DNA of 64,000 bases from an uncultured Geobacteraceae bacterium (GTDB taxonomy: Bacteria; Desulfobacterota; Desulfuromonadia; Desulfuromonadales; Geopsychrobacteraceae): positions 21,367 to 85,366 of the forward strand of contig CALFFB010000009.1 in assembly GCA_937958075.1 (NCBI GenBank), written 5' to 3'. Below the pieces are notes generated by a model that had not been told where the DNA came from, did no database searches, and worked only from the letters and a program-made list of their open reading frames with translations. Below are positions 48,377 to 56,997 of this stretch, in pieces. Every line of letters begins with the position of its first letter. Positions within the stretch are counted from its first letter, which is position 1. A program made the position numbers and the translations under genes.

Positions 48377-50275
48377 ATGGATAGACTTTTGTCCCGGATC
48401 CAATCACCGGAACAGCTGAAGCAGCTTGACAAAAAGCAGCTGCCGCAACTTGCCTCCGAACTGCGGGAGCGCATTGTAGCCACCGTTGCCGCCAATGGCG
48501 GACACCTTGCCAGTTCCCTCGGGGTGGTGGAACTGACCATCGCCCTGCACCGGGTGTTTAACTCTCCGGACGATAAGATCATCTGGGATGTCGGCCATCA
48601 GGCCTACGCTCATAAGTTGCTGACCGGTCGTCAGGGGCAATTTTCGACCTTGCGCCAGTGGCAGGGGATCAGCGGCTTTCCGAAGCGCAATGAGAGCATT
48701 CATGACGCTTTTGACGTCGGCCACTCGAGTACTTCGGTTTCCGCGGCCCTGGGCATGGCGGCGGCGCGTGACATTGCCGGCACGGATGAACGCTTTGTCG
48801 CGGTTATCGGCGACGGATCCTTAACGGCGGGGATGGCCTTTGAGGCCTTGAACCATGCCGGTCATCTGAAGCAGAAGATGATTGTTGTCCTTAATGACAA
48901 CGAAATGTCCATTTCCCGCAATGTCGGCGCATTGTCATCCTTCATGAGCCGCAAAATGACGTCGGATTCTTTCATCCGCTTCAAAAAGGAAACAGAAAAC
49001 CTGTTGAATTATATCCCCGGCATCGGCCGTGACCTGGTTGGTCTGGCCAAGCGTGCGGAGGAATCCCTCAAGAGTTTCATGACTCCGGGGATGTTGTTTG
49101 AAGGGTTCGGTTTTGATTATTTCGGTCCCCTCGACGGTCATAATATTGATGATCTTACGGAAACCCTGAAGAATGTGGCTCAGATCAAGGGGCCGGTCCT
49201 GTTGCATATCCTGACCAAAAAAGGCAAGGGCTACCCGCCGGCGGAAAAGAACCCGCCCCGGTTTCATGGCGTCGGCGCCTTTGATCCGGTGACCGGTGAA
49301 CTCCCCGCGCAGCCACCGGGAACGCCACCGTCCTTTACCAGCGTCTTCGGGCGGACCCTGGTCGAACTGGCAAGGCAGGATGAACGTCTGGTGGCAATTA
49401 CCGCAGCCATGGCTGAAGGGACCGGCCTGAAAGCATTTTCGGAGGCCTTTCCACAACGCTTTTTTGATGTTGGCATTGCCGAGCAGCATGCCGTCACCTT
49501 TGCTGCCGGCATGGCGCTGAAGGGGCTGCGTCCGGTTGTTGCCATTTATTCTACCTTTTTGCAGCGTTCCTACGATCAGATCATTCACGATATCTGCCTG
49601 CAGAATCTGCCGGTGACCTTTGCCATTGATCGTGGGGGACTGGTCGGAGCCGACGGCGCGACCCACCATGGTGCTTTTGATCTGTCCTTCATGCGCTCCA
49701 TTCCGAATATGGTTGTCGCGGCACCCCGGGATGAGGTGGAACTGGTGCGCATCATGAAGACAGCACAGATGACGGACACCCCCTTTGCCTATCGTTATCC
49801 GCGCGGACAGGGTCTGGGGCGTCAGCTGCCTGAGACGGTTGAGGCGGCACCCGTCGGAATCGGCGAGGTGCTGCGCGAAGGCAGGGATGGTCTGCTCATT
49901 GCCGTCGGCACCCTGGTGCAGGAGGCCCTGAAGGCGGCGACTATCCTGGCCCGTGAAGGATGTGAACTGACCGTAGTCGATGCCCGCTATATCAAGCCCC
50001 TCGACCGTCATCTCCTGACCTCCCTTGCTGAAGAAGCGTCCTTTGTCATGACCCTTGAAGAAAACGCCCTGGCGGGAGGCTTCGGCAGCGCCGTTCTCGA
50101 GCTGTTCAGCGAAGTGGGGCTGTTGGTTCCGGTTACGCGCGTCGGCTTGCCGGATCAGTTCGCCGAGCAGGGAACACAACGAGAGCTGTATGAACATCTC
50201 GGCCTTGACGCGGAAAGCCTCGCTACCCGGATCAGAAAAATGAGGTCAGAGGAAAAACACAAATTGACCGGCTGA
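48377..50275 (+). CDS. dxs: 1-deoxy-D-xylulose-5-phosphate synthase
   Basis: GGHLASSLGVVELTIALH, WDVGHQAYAHK, a TPP-binding GDGSLTAGMAFEALN and FDVGIAEQHAVTFAAG motifs. Confidence 0.97.
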   Translation: MDRLLSRIQSPEQLKQLDKKQLPQLASELRERIVATVAANGGHLASSLGVVELTIALHRVFNSPDDKIIWDVGHQAYAHKLLTGRQGQFSTLRQWQGISGFPKRNESIHDAFDVGHSSTSVSAALGMAAARDIAGTDERFVAVIGDGSLTAGMAFEALNHAGHLKQKMIVVLNDNEMSISRNVGALSSFMSRKMTSDSFIRFKKETENLLNYIPGIGRDLVGLAKRAEESLKSFMTPGMLFEGFGFDYFGPLDGHNIDDLTETLKNVAQIKGPVLLHILTKKGKGYPPAEKNPPRFHGVGAFDPVTGELPAQPPGTPPSFTSVFGRTLVELARQDERLVAITAAMAEGTGLKAFSEAFPQRFFDVGIAEQHAVTFAAGMALKGLRPVVAIYSTFLQRSYDQIIHDICLQNLPVTFAIDRGGLVGADGATHHGAFDLSFMRSIPNMVVAAPRDEVELVRIMKTAQMTDTPFAYRYPRGQGLGRQLPETVEAAPVGIGEVLREGRDGLLIAVGTLVQEALKAATILAREGCELTVVDARYIKPLDRHLLTSLAEEASFVMTLEENALAGGFGSAVLELFSEVGLLVPVTRVGLPDQFAEQGTQRELYEHLGLDAESLATRIRKMRSEEKHKLTG

Positions 50276-50424
50276 CACGTCGCCTGACGCAGTGGAAAGG
50301 CATCAGGGATGTCGACCATGGTAAGGCAGGCACAGCACAGGATGAAAAAAAATGCAACATGTCGTGACTTTTATGACGTTTTATTTTATAGGGTACGCTC
50401 AAATCCGGCAGCGAGGAGCCCGCC

Positions 50425-51522
50425 ATGGCGCGTAAACTTTTTATTGCAGCAACCGGAATGAACAGTGGTAAAACCACGACCAGTCTATCCCTGATGCATG
50501 TTGCCTTGCGTAAGTACGATCGGGTCGGTTTTATCAAGCCGATCGGACCCAAGCCTGTTGATTTCAAGGGGCGTCGCGCTGATAAGGATGCGGTGCTGAT
50601 GGCCCAGTACTTCGGTCTGGAACAGGACCTGCCGCTGATGTCGCCTTTTATCCTTGATTCAGGTGACACCCGCCGGATCATGGATGGAGAACTCTCCCGT
50701 GCCGATGTAAAAAAACGGATGTTCGACGCCATTGCCGAACTGGATGCTAAAAATGACTTTCTCATTATTGAGGGAGCCGGACATACCGGAGTCGGTACGC
50801 TTCTCGGGTGTAATAACGCGCAGATTGCCCGCGAAACCGGGGCAACGGTGCTCATGGTGACGGGTGGCGGGCTCGGTAATGTGGTCGATACAGCCCAGGT
50901 CAACCTGGCGCTGTTTCAAAAAGAGAAAGCAAAGGTTGAGGCGATTCTGGTCAACAAGATCATTCCGGAAAAGCGTGAGCAGACACTGAAGTACCTGAAT
51001 ATGGCCTTTGCGTCGGAACATATCAGGGTACTGGGCGGTTTCAACTATCAGCCGATCCTTGCCAATCCGACCCTGCGGCGGATTGCCAATGTCCTTGATA
51101 TCGAACTCTTTGCCAACTCCGATCAGGCGCAGCGGATCATTCACAATGTTCAGATCGGTGCGGCATCGGCTCAGCGGGTCGCGGAATTGCTCAAGGAATC
51201 AACCCTGGTGATTGTGAACAGCAGCCGTGATGAATTGCTGGTCACCCTGGCCAATCTCTATCAACTCGATGAGTACCGTCCCAAAATTGCCGGCATTATT
51301 ATCCCCGGCGTTGGAAAGATCAGTGCCATCACCCAGAAGATTATCGACAGCAGCCGCATCCCCTATATGCTGGCGGGGCGGACTTCGTCCAGGGTGTTTG
51401 AAATTATCAGTGAAGACGTTTCAAAATTGACCATTGAAGATACACATAAACTGAAACTCATTACGGAATTAGCCGAAAAAAGACTCGATTTCAATGAAAT
51501 TGATGCTTTGATTAATGATTGA
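50425..51522 (+). CDS. Stand-alone homolog of the N-terminal (P-loop-like + DRTGG) region of long-form phosphotransacetylase
   Basis: By eye it is colinear with the E. coli Pta N-terminal half. KLFIAATGMNSGKTTTSLSL aligns to IMLIPTGTSVGLTSVSL, FIKPIG to VFKPIA, and STLVIVNSSRDELLVTL to SLLVTSADRPDVLVA. No PTA_PTB catalytic part. Confidence 0.75.
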   Translation: MARKLFIAATGMNSGKTTTSLSLMHVALRKYDRVGFIKPIGPKPVDFKGRRADKDAVLMAQYFGLEQDLPLMSPFILDSGDTRRIMDGELSRADVKKRMFDAIAELDAKNDFLIIEGAGHTGVGTLLGCNNAQIARETGATVLMVTGGGLGNVVDTAQVNLALFQKEKAKVEAILVNKIIPEKREQTLKYLNMAFASEHIRVLGGFNYQPILANPTLRRIANVLDIELFANSDQAQRIIHNVQIGAASAQRVAELLKESTLVIVNSSRDELLVTLANLYQLDEYRPKIAGIIIPGVGKISAITQKIIDSSRIPYMLAGRTSSRVFEIISEDVSKLTIEDTHKLKLITELAEKRLDFNEIDALIND

Positions 51523-51534
51523 CTGGAGTCGCTG

Positions 51535-51756
51535 ATGTTGATTCGGGTTCGTTTTAAAGATGGCCGTATCGATCTGGCCCCATCCGGCACCATGGATGAA
51601 ATGATCGCTATGAGCGAAATTGAAGACTATCTGGGTTCCTCCCAGTGGGTGGTTCTTGGTCAGGATCCGGTGCGCAGCACCCTGCGCGGTCGCTACACGC
51701 GACCTCTGCGGCGGAATCCACCAAAAAGCAGCGCGTCAAAAAACAAGCCCCTTTAA
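51535..51756 (+). CDS. Hypothetical 73-aa protein with basic C-terminal tail
   Basis: GGAG lies 6 nt upstream, and the ORF starts 12 nt after the previous gene. MLIRVRFKDGRIDLAPSGTMDEMI... is followed by RGRYTRPLRRNPPKSSASKNKPL. Confidence 0.45.
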   Translation: MLIRVRFKDGRIDLAPSGTMDEMIAMSEIEDYLGSSQWVVLGQDPVRSTLRGRYTRPLRRNPPKSSASKNKPL

Positions 51757-51780
51757 AGCAATGTCGTTATCGGAAGGGTC

Positions 51781-52452
51781 ATGACTGTGGCGTTGTCCGG
51801 CATGAATCTGGCGGTTGAGGACTGGGGACTGGTTGATTACAAAGAGGCCTTTGCCCGGCAGCAACGGCTGGTTGAGGAGCGGCTGGCCGGTCGCGGCCAT
51901 GACCTGCTGGTACTGACCGAACACCCGCCGACGATAACCCTGGGGCGGCGGGGAGGTTGCGACGATCTGCGCTATCCAGAGCAGGAATATGAGGCGCGCG
52001 GCCTGTCGCTGCAACGGGTCAACCGTGGCGGTCTGGCTACGGCTCACGAGCCGGGCCAGCTGGTGGCTTATCCGATTCTGCAGTTGAACAAACAGGATCT
52101 GCACCAGTACATTCAGGCATTCCTGCAGACGGTTAATGCTCTTCTCGGTGATTATGGCCTGACAGGACAACTCAAAGAAAAGGCACCGGGGGTCTGGGTC
52201 AACAACAAAAAAATCTGCAGTTTCGGTATCGCCCTGAAAAAATGGACGACATCCCACGGCATTGCCCTGAATGTCAATAACACCCTGCAGGCCTTTACGA
52301 CCATTGTTCCTTGCGGTGTGGGTACGGAACAGATGACCTCCATGGCTCTGGAACTTGGCCGACCTGTTAAAATGTCGGACATTAAAAGTCGTTTTGTTCA
52401 CCATTTTTGTATGCAGTTCGGTTTTTCACCGGTTACGGGGAAGCTGTCATGA
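51781..52452 (+). CDS. lipB: Octanoyltransferase (lipoyl(octanoyl) transferase)
   Basis: LLVLTEHPPTITLGRRG, VNRGGLATAHEPGQLVAYPIL and KICSFGIALKKWTTSHGIALNV motifs. Confidence 0.92.
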   Translation: MTVALSGMNLAVEDWGLVDYKEAFARQQRLVEERLAGRGHDLLVLTEHPPTITLGRRGGCDDLRYPEQEYEARGLSLQRVNRGGLATAHEPGQLVAYPILQLNKQDLHQYIQAFLQTVNALLGDYGLTGQLKEKAPGVWVNNKKICSFGIALKKWTTSHGIALNVNNTLQAFTTIVPCGVGTEQMTSMALELGRPVKMSDIKSRFVHHFCMQFGFSPVTGKLS

Positions 52453-53291
52453 CGGTTGAACATAAAAGAACGTCAAGACCTCTGGCGGGGAAGACCCTGT
52501 TTATAACGGGAGCCAGTCGCGGGATCGGTCTGGCCGTGGCCCTGCGGGCGGCAACCGCCGGGGCCGATATCGTCATTGCCGCCAAAACCACGGTGCCCCA
52601 TCCCCGCCTGCCGGGTACCATCTACACGGCGGCGCAGCAGATTGAGGCAGCCGGTGGCAGGGCCCTGCCGTTGCCCGTCGATATCAGGGACGAAGTGCAG
52701 GTGCGAGCGGCAGTGGAGCGGGCGGTAGAGACTTTCGGTGGAATCGACATCCTGGTCAATAACGCCAGTGCTATCTTTCTCGCTGGAATCCTTGATACGC
52801 CGGTGAAACGCTTTGATCTGATGCAGCAGGTGAATGTCAGGGGATCCTTTATTGTCAGTCAGGCCTGTCTTCCCCATCTGCTCAATTCCGGGTCAGCGCA
52901 AATACTTTCCTTTGCCCCGCCGATCAACCTGGATCAGCGCTGGTTTGCTCAACATTCCGCCTATACCCTCGCCAAATATGGTATGAGTATGGTGGTGGCG
53001 GGCCTGGCGGCGGAGTTTGCTGGCAAAGGGGTGGCGGTCAACGCCCTGTGGCCGAAAACTGTTATCAACACCGCAGCCCTGGCCATGCTGGGGGGGCGGA
53101 TCGCTCCGGAACACTGCCGGACGCCCGACATCATGGCCGACGCGGCCTACGAACTGTTGACGCGCGATGTGCCCGAATCCGGGAAATTCTACATCGACGA
53201 GGACGTCCTGCGTACATCTGGCATAGAGGACTTTTCCCGATATGCTGTCGCCCCGGGAAGTAACCTGGCACCAGATCTTTTTCTTGACTGA
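52449..53291 (+). CDS. Short-chain dehydrogenase/reductase (HSDL2-like SDR)
   Basis: GKTLFITGASRGIGLAVAL (TGxxxGxG), NNASAI and YTLAKYGMS (YxxxK). ATG overlaps the lipB stop (ATGA). Confidence 0.88.
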   Translation: MTVEHKRTSRPLAGKTLFITGASRGIGLAVALRAATAGADIVIAAKTTVPHPRLPGTIYTAAQQIEAAGGRALPLPVDIRDEVQVRAAVERAVETFGGIDILVNNASAIFLAGILDTPVKRFDLMQQVNVRGSFIVSQACLPHLLNSGSAQILSFAPPINLDQRWFAQHSAYTLAKYGMSMVVAGLAAEFAGKGVAVNALWPKTVINTAALAMLGGRIAPEHCRTPDIMADAAYELLTRDVPESGKFYIDEDVLRTSGIEDFSRYAVAPGSNLAPDLFLD

Positions 53292-53420
53292 TGAAAGAAC
53301 GAGCCTGAAAGGACGTCAGGTTCAGCTCATGCGCCCGATAGTGGGGTGTCGGATTGTGCTGCAATTGTCAAAGGGCCGGGGCCCTCGCTCTTGATATGGA
53401 GTTTACTGGAGGAGTTCTGA

Positions 53421-54281
53421 ATGAGTACTGATTTTCAGACAGTGGTACGTTCGGTCAGTGATCTGCCGCCAATGCCGGTTGTTGCCGTGCGGGTGATGGA
53501 ACTGCTGGGTCAGGAGGATGTCAACTACAAAAAGCTCAGCAGCGCTATTTCCAGCGATCCGGCGGTGTCGGCACGTCTGCTCAAGGTGGCCAATTCCGCC
53601 TTTTACAGCATGAAGCGACAGGTTAAAACCCTCGACCACGCTGTTGCCATTGTCGGCGAGCGCACCTTGCGCAGCCTGGTCCTGGCCGCAAGCCTGGAAG
53701 GGATGAACAAGTCCTACGGTCTACTGGAAAAACTGTTATGGGAAGATGCCATGGGCTGTGCTATTGCCAGCAGAATCATCGCCCGCCGTTTCTCCACAGC
53801 AGATCCGGAAGAGGCTTTTCTCGCCGGTCTTTTCCGCCACCTTGGCAAAATTGTTATGAACTACAGTGATCCGGACACCTACCGGGCCCTGGTTGAAGCG
53901 GCTTATGCTGAAGGAACGACGACCTCGGCGCTGGAAGGTCGTTTTTTCCCCTACGCCCACGAGGTGGTCGGCGCGGCGGTTCTTAACAAGTGGAATTTTT
54001 CACAGTCGCTGGTGATGACGGTTCTGCATCACCGGGATTTAAAAATTCACCTGGCAGAGGAGGACGAGGGCCGGCAGCTGACGAACCTGGCGGCGACGGT
54101 GAATCTGGCCGGCTTCATCTGTATGAAGCTCGGTATCGGTCAGCGTCAGGCCGATGATGGTATCGATGTGACGACGGCACCCGGCGCCCAAATACTGGGG
54201 TTGTCTGCCACTCAGGTCGAAGAGGTTCTTGATGAGATCGACCGGACATTCACTGAAAACCGTGAATTTTTTGTCGGATAA
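53421..54281 (+). CDS. HDOD domain signalling protein
   Basis: DLPPMPVVAVRVMELL.....LSSAISSDPAVSARLLKVANSAFYSMKRQVKTLDHAVAIVG is the HDOD signature. GGAGGAG RBS. Confidence 0.85.
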   Translation: MSTDFQTVVRSVSDLPPMPVVAVRVMELLGQEDVNYKKLSSAISSDPAVSARLLKVANSAFYSMKRQVKTLDHAVAIVGERTLRSLVLAASLEGMNKSYGLLEKLLWEDAMGCAIASRIIARRFSTADPEEAFLAGLFRHLGKIVMNYSDPDTYRALVEAAYAEGTTTSALEGRFFPYAHEVVGAAVLNKWNFSQSLVMTVLHHRDLKIHLAEEDEGRQLTNLAATVNLAGFICMKLGIGQRQADDGIDVTTAPGAQILGLSATQVEEVLDEIDRTFTENREFFVG

Positions 54282-54289
54282 TTCAATCG

Positions 54290-54341
54290 CCGCCCAGACG
54301 ACAACGGGGGAGCTTGTGCTCCCCCGTTGTCGTCTGGGCGG
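54290..54341. repeat. Perfect 24-bp inverted repeat (hairpin, 4-nt loop) between the HDOD gene and tlyA
   Basis: ccgcccagacgacaacgggggagc (54290-54313), loop ttgt, gctcccccgttgtcgtctgggcgg (54318-54341). Base-by-base check found no mismatch. No T-run follows. Confidence 0.9.
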
Positions 54342-54356
54342 GTGGTAACACAAAAG

Positions 54357-55100
54357 ATGAAAGAGCGCCTTGATGCATTATTGGTCAAAAGGGGACTTGC
54401 CGGATCACGGGAGCGGGCACGGGCCCTTATCCTTGCCGGCCAGGTGGTTGTCAATGAACAGCGTCTTGACAAGGCCGGTGCCCGGATTGATGATGATGCA
54501 GTTATTCGCCTGAAAGTTGACGATATTCCCTACGTGTCACGCGGGGGGTTGAAGCTGGAAAAGGCCCTTGATGCCTTTGCTGTTGATGTCAGCGGCCGGA
54601 TCGTTCTTGATGTTGGTGCGTCAACAGGCGGCTTTACCGATTGTTTGCTTCAGCGTCATGCGGAAAAAGTGTATGCTGTGGACGTCGGTTACGGCCAATT
54701 GGCCTGGTCATTGCGTAGTCATCCCCGGGTTGTCAATCTGGAGCGCTGCAATATCCGCTATCTGGAGAAAGAGCAGCTGGAGGAACTGCCTGACATGGCG
54801 GTTATCGATGCCTCTTTCATCTCCCTGGACAAGGTGCTGCCCAACACCCTGCAGCTACTGCGTGGCGAAGCGCTTGTCATCGCCCTGATCAAGCCTCAAT
54901 TCGAGGTTGGGCGGGGCCAGGTCGGCAAGGGGGGAATCGTCAAGGATCCGGCACTGCACCGGCAGGTGCTGCAGAGAATTGACAGGGTGGCGGCAGATCT
55001 GGGCTGCGTGGTACGGGGTGTGATTGAAAGTCCGGTCCTTGGAGCCAAGGGAAATCGGGAGTTTCTTATCTGTCTGCAAAAAATGATTAAAGCCGTCTGA
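54357..55100 (+). CDS. tlyA: TlyA-family rRNA (cytidine-2'-O)-methyltransferase
   Basis: S4-like N-terminus (RLDALLVKRGLAGSRERARALILAGQV), then YVSRGGLKLEKAL and the SAM motif VLDVGASTGGFTDCLL. Start placed after the hairpin. Confidence 0.9.
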   Translation: MKERLDALLVKRGLAGSRERARALILAGQVVVNEQRLDKAGARIDDDAVIRLKVDDIPYVSRGGLKLEKALDAFAVDVSGRIVLDVGASTGGFTDCLLQRHAEKVYAVDVGYGQLAWSLRSHPRVVNLERCNIRYLEKEQLEELPDMAVIDASFISLDKVLPNTLQLLRGEALVIALIKPQFEVGRGQVGKGGIVKDPALHRQVLQRIDRVAADLGCVVRGVIESPVLGAKGNREFLICLQKMIKAV

Positions 55101-55168
55101 TTCCGGAAAACCAGGCCGGGACCAGGCATTCGGTTTATCTTGTTGACATCAGTTGTTCAGGGGGCACT

Positions 55169-55513
55169 ATGAAAGATTGTCTGTTCTGTAAAATTATCGC
55201 CGGAGAAATTCCGGCAGCCATCCGCTATGAGGATGAGCACCTCGTTGCTTTCGAGGATATCAACCCCCAGGCACCGACCCATCTGCTGCTGGTGCCCCGC
55301 AAACACATCCCGACGACTCTGGATATTTCAGCTGAGGATCAACAGCTGTTAGGTCATCTGCTGCAGGTTGCCGGAAAACTCGCCCGCCAGGCCGGATTTG
55401 CCGATGAGGGTTTCCGGATTGTCAATAACTGCAACGCTGACGGCGGCCAGACAGTCTGGCATATTCACTTTCATCTGCTCGGAGGACGGCAGTTGACCTG
55501 GCCTCCAGGCTAA
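55169..55513 (+). CDS. Histidine triad (HIT) nucleotide-binding protein
   Basis: CLFCKII.GEIPA...YEDEHLVAFEDINPQAPTHLLLVPRKH and the HIT motif HIHFHLLGG. Confidence 0.9.
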   Translation: MKDCLFCKIIAGEIPAAIRYEDEHLVAFEDINPQAPTHLLLVPRKHIPTTLDISAEDQQLLGHLLQVAGKLARQAGFADEGFRIVNNCNADGGQTVWHIHFHLLGGRQLTWPPG

Positions 55514-55542
55514 TGAATCCAACAGGACAATGACAGGATTAT

Positions 55543-56997
55543 ATGGCTGTATTTGATTCCCATACCGAGCAGCGCCTGATGACCGATATTATGGAGCTGC
55601 TGGTGACGCATTACGGTGCCGAGTTGTCTGAGAGCGATCTGGATGTGCAGATCGGCTACGTTCAGATGGCTCTAGATGACGCCCGGATGCATCATCGTGG
55701 ACAGGTGCGCAAGTCAGGGGAACCCTATATATTCCATCCCTTGCGGGTGGCCCATCTGGCAGCCAGACACTGGATGGATTTTCCGTCGATTATCGCCTCT
55801 TTGCTGCATGATGTTGTTGAGGACACCCCGGTCACCCTCGCTGATGTCCATAAAAAGTACGGCAGTGAGGTGGCTCACCTGGTTGACGGCCTGACCAAAG
55901 TGACATCAGAAGTTTTAAGCCGCGATGACCTGAAAAAAGAAACCTACAAGAAGACGCTGCTGGTCGCTATTGACGATATCCGGGTGCTGTGTCTGAAATT
56001 CTGGGACCGGATTGACAACCTGCTGACCATCGGTGCCCTGTCTACCCGCAAACAGAAACTGATTGCCGACGAAACCCGTACGGTCTATGTGCCTCTGGCG
56101 CGTCATCTGGGCATGGGCTATGTCGCGACGGAACTGGAATCCCTGTCTTATCGGGTGCTCTACCCGCGACGGGCGCAACGATATCAGCATATCGTTCTTG
56201 ATCTGCAGCAGCGAACGGGCGATTTTTTACGCCAGGTCCGGGCAAAAATTCATAACGAGTGCGAAAAACTGAAGCTGGTGGCGGATACCAGAGAACGCTG
56301 GCGCCCCTTTACCGTTGCTGCGGCCAGGGAGATGAACAGAGGGTTCGGAGCCCTTTTTACCCTGGAAGTCCAGGTGGATCGCACCATGGACGCTTATCTT
56401 TTTCTCGGCGTATTGCACAGCTTGTTCCCTCCCATTCCCGGCAAGCTGCGGGATCACCTGAATCAGACTTCTCAACATGGTTATCAGGCCCTGAAGACCA
56501 CGGTTCAGGCGGGGGAACAGCGCATGCGGGTTGAAATTACCACCCGCAAGCTCGCCAGGTTCAATCAGGCCGGTGTCCTGGCCCCGGGATTCAAGTTCCG
56601 GCATGATAACTTCCGGGAGTTGATGAAGTCCCTGATGGAGGGGGAATCGGCCTTTGATACGGAATCTCTGAAACTGGCTTCGGCAACGATTCAGGTGTAC
56701 ACCCCCCTTGGCGAGGTGCGCAAGCTGCCGGAGGGGAGCAGCGTCCTGGACTTCGCCTTCGAGATCCACGATTCCGTCGGTTTGCGGGCTGTTCGCGCCA
56801 TGATCAATGGGCGCACCAGGCAGCTCAAAACCCGGCTCTTCGATGGCGACCAGGTGGCCGTTGAAACGGACAAGGTTCCCCAGGTGCTGCCCAAATGGCT
56901 TGAATGGGCCGTCACCCCCAAAGCCCGTAACAGTATCCGCAAGTATCTGCGCAACAAGGTTCGCGCCTCGTCAAAAAACAAGGAACCGATCAGCTGA
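55543..56997 (+). CDS. RelA/SpoT homolog: HD hydrolase + degenerate synthetase-like region + TGS, no ACT/RRM
   Basis: HD domain HHRGQVRKSGEPYIFHPLRVA...LLHDVVEDT. TGS domain IQVYTPLGEVRKLPEGSSVLDFAFEIH. The central region is colinear with the synthetase domain, but key motifs are substituted (see finding). Confidence 0.8.
   Translation: MAVFDSHTEQRLMTDIMELLVTHYGAELSESDLDVQIGYVQMALDDARMHHRGQVRKSGEPYIFHPLRVAHLAARHWMDFPSIIASLLHDVVEDTPVTLADVHKKYGSEVAHLVDGLTKVTSEVLSRDDLKKETYKKTLLVAIDDIRVLCLKFWDRIDNLLTIGALSTRKQKLIADETRTVYVPLARHLGMGYVATELESLSYRVLYPRRAQRYQHIVLDLQQRTGDFLRQVRAKIHNECEKLKLVADTRERWRPFTVAAAREMNRGFGALFTLEVQVDRTMDAYLFLGVLHSLFPPIPGKLRDHLNQTSQHGYQALKTTVQAGEQRMRVEITTRKLARFNQAGVLAPGFKFRHDNFRELMKSLMEGESAFDTESLKLASATIQVYTPLGEVRKLPEGSSVLDFAFEIHDSVGLRAVRAMINGRTRQLKTRLFDGDQVAVETDKVPQVLPKWLEWAVTPKARNSIRKYLRNKVRASSKNKEPIS

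Noticed and set aside
48935-50197. A 420-aa ORF antisense to dxs. Similar long antisense ORFs lie inside infB (2538-3395, 3402-4250), lon (18965-19603), the MCP (22750-23412, 23998-24666), the kinase (25208-26158), thiH (28553-29386), thiG/thiS (29806-30612), divIVA (33673-34137), the TBDR (36463-37074), pta (39666-40361), ctpA (43734-44441), ispA (47361-48095), lipB (51736-52404), the RSH (56227-56769) and htpG (60899-61702).
   Set aside because: Every one of these is in the antisense phase that exactly overlays the sense codons (the start coordinates have the same value modulo 3). In that phase antisense stops arise only from sense TTA, CTA or TCA codons, which this genome rarely uses. The translations are low-complexity with no recognisable motifs, and the sense genes are unambiguous conserved proteins. 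These are shadow ORFs.
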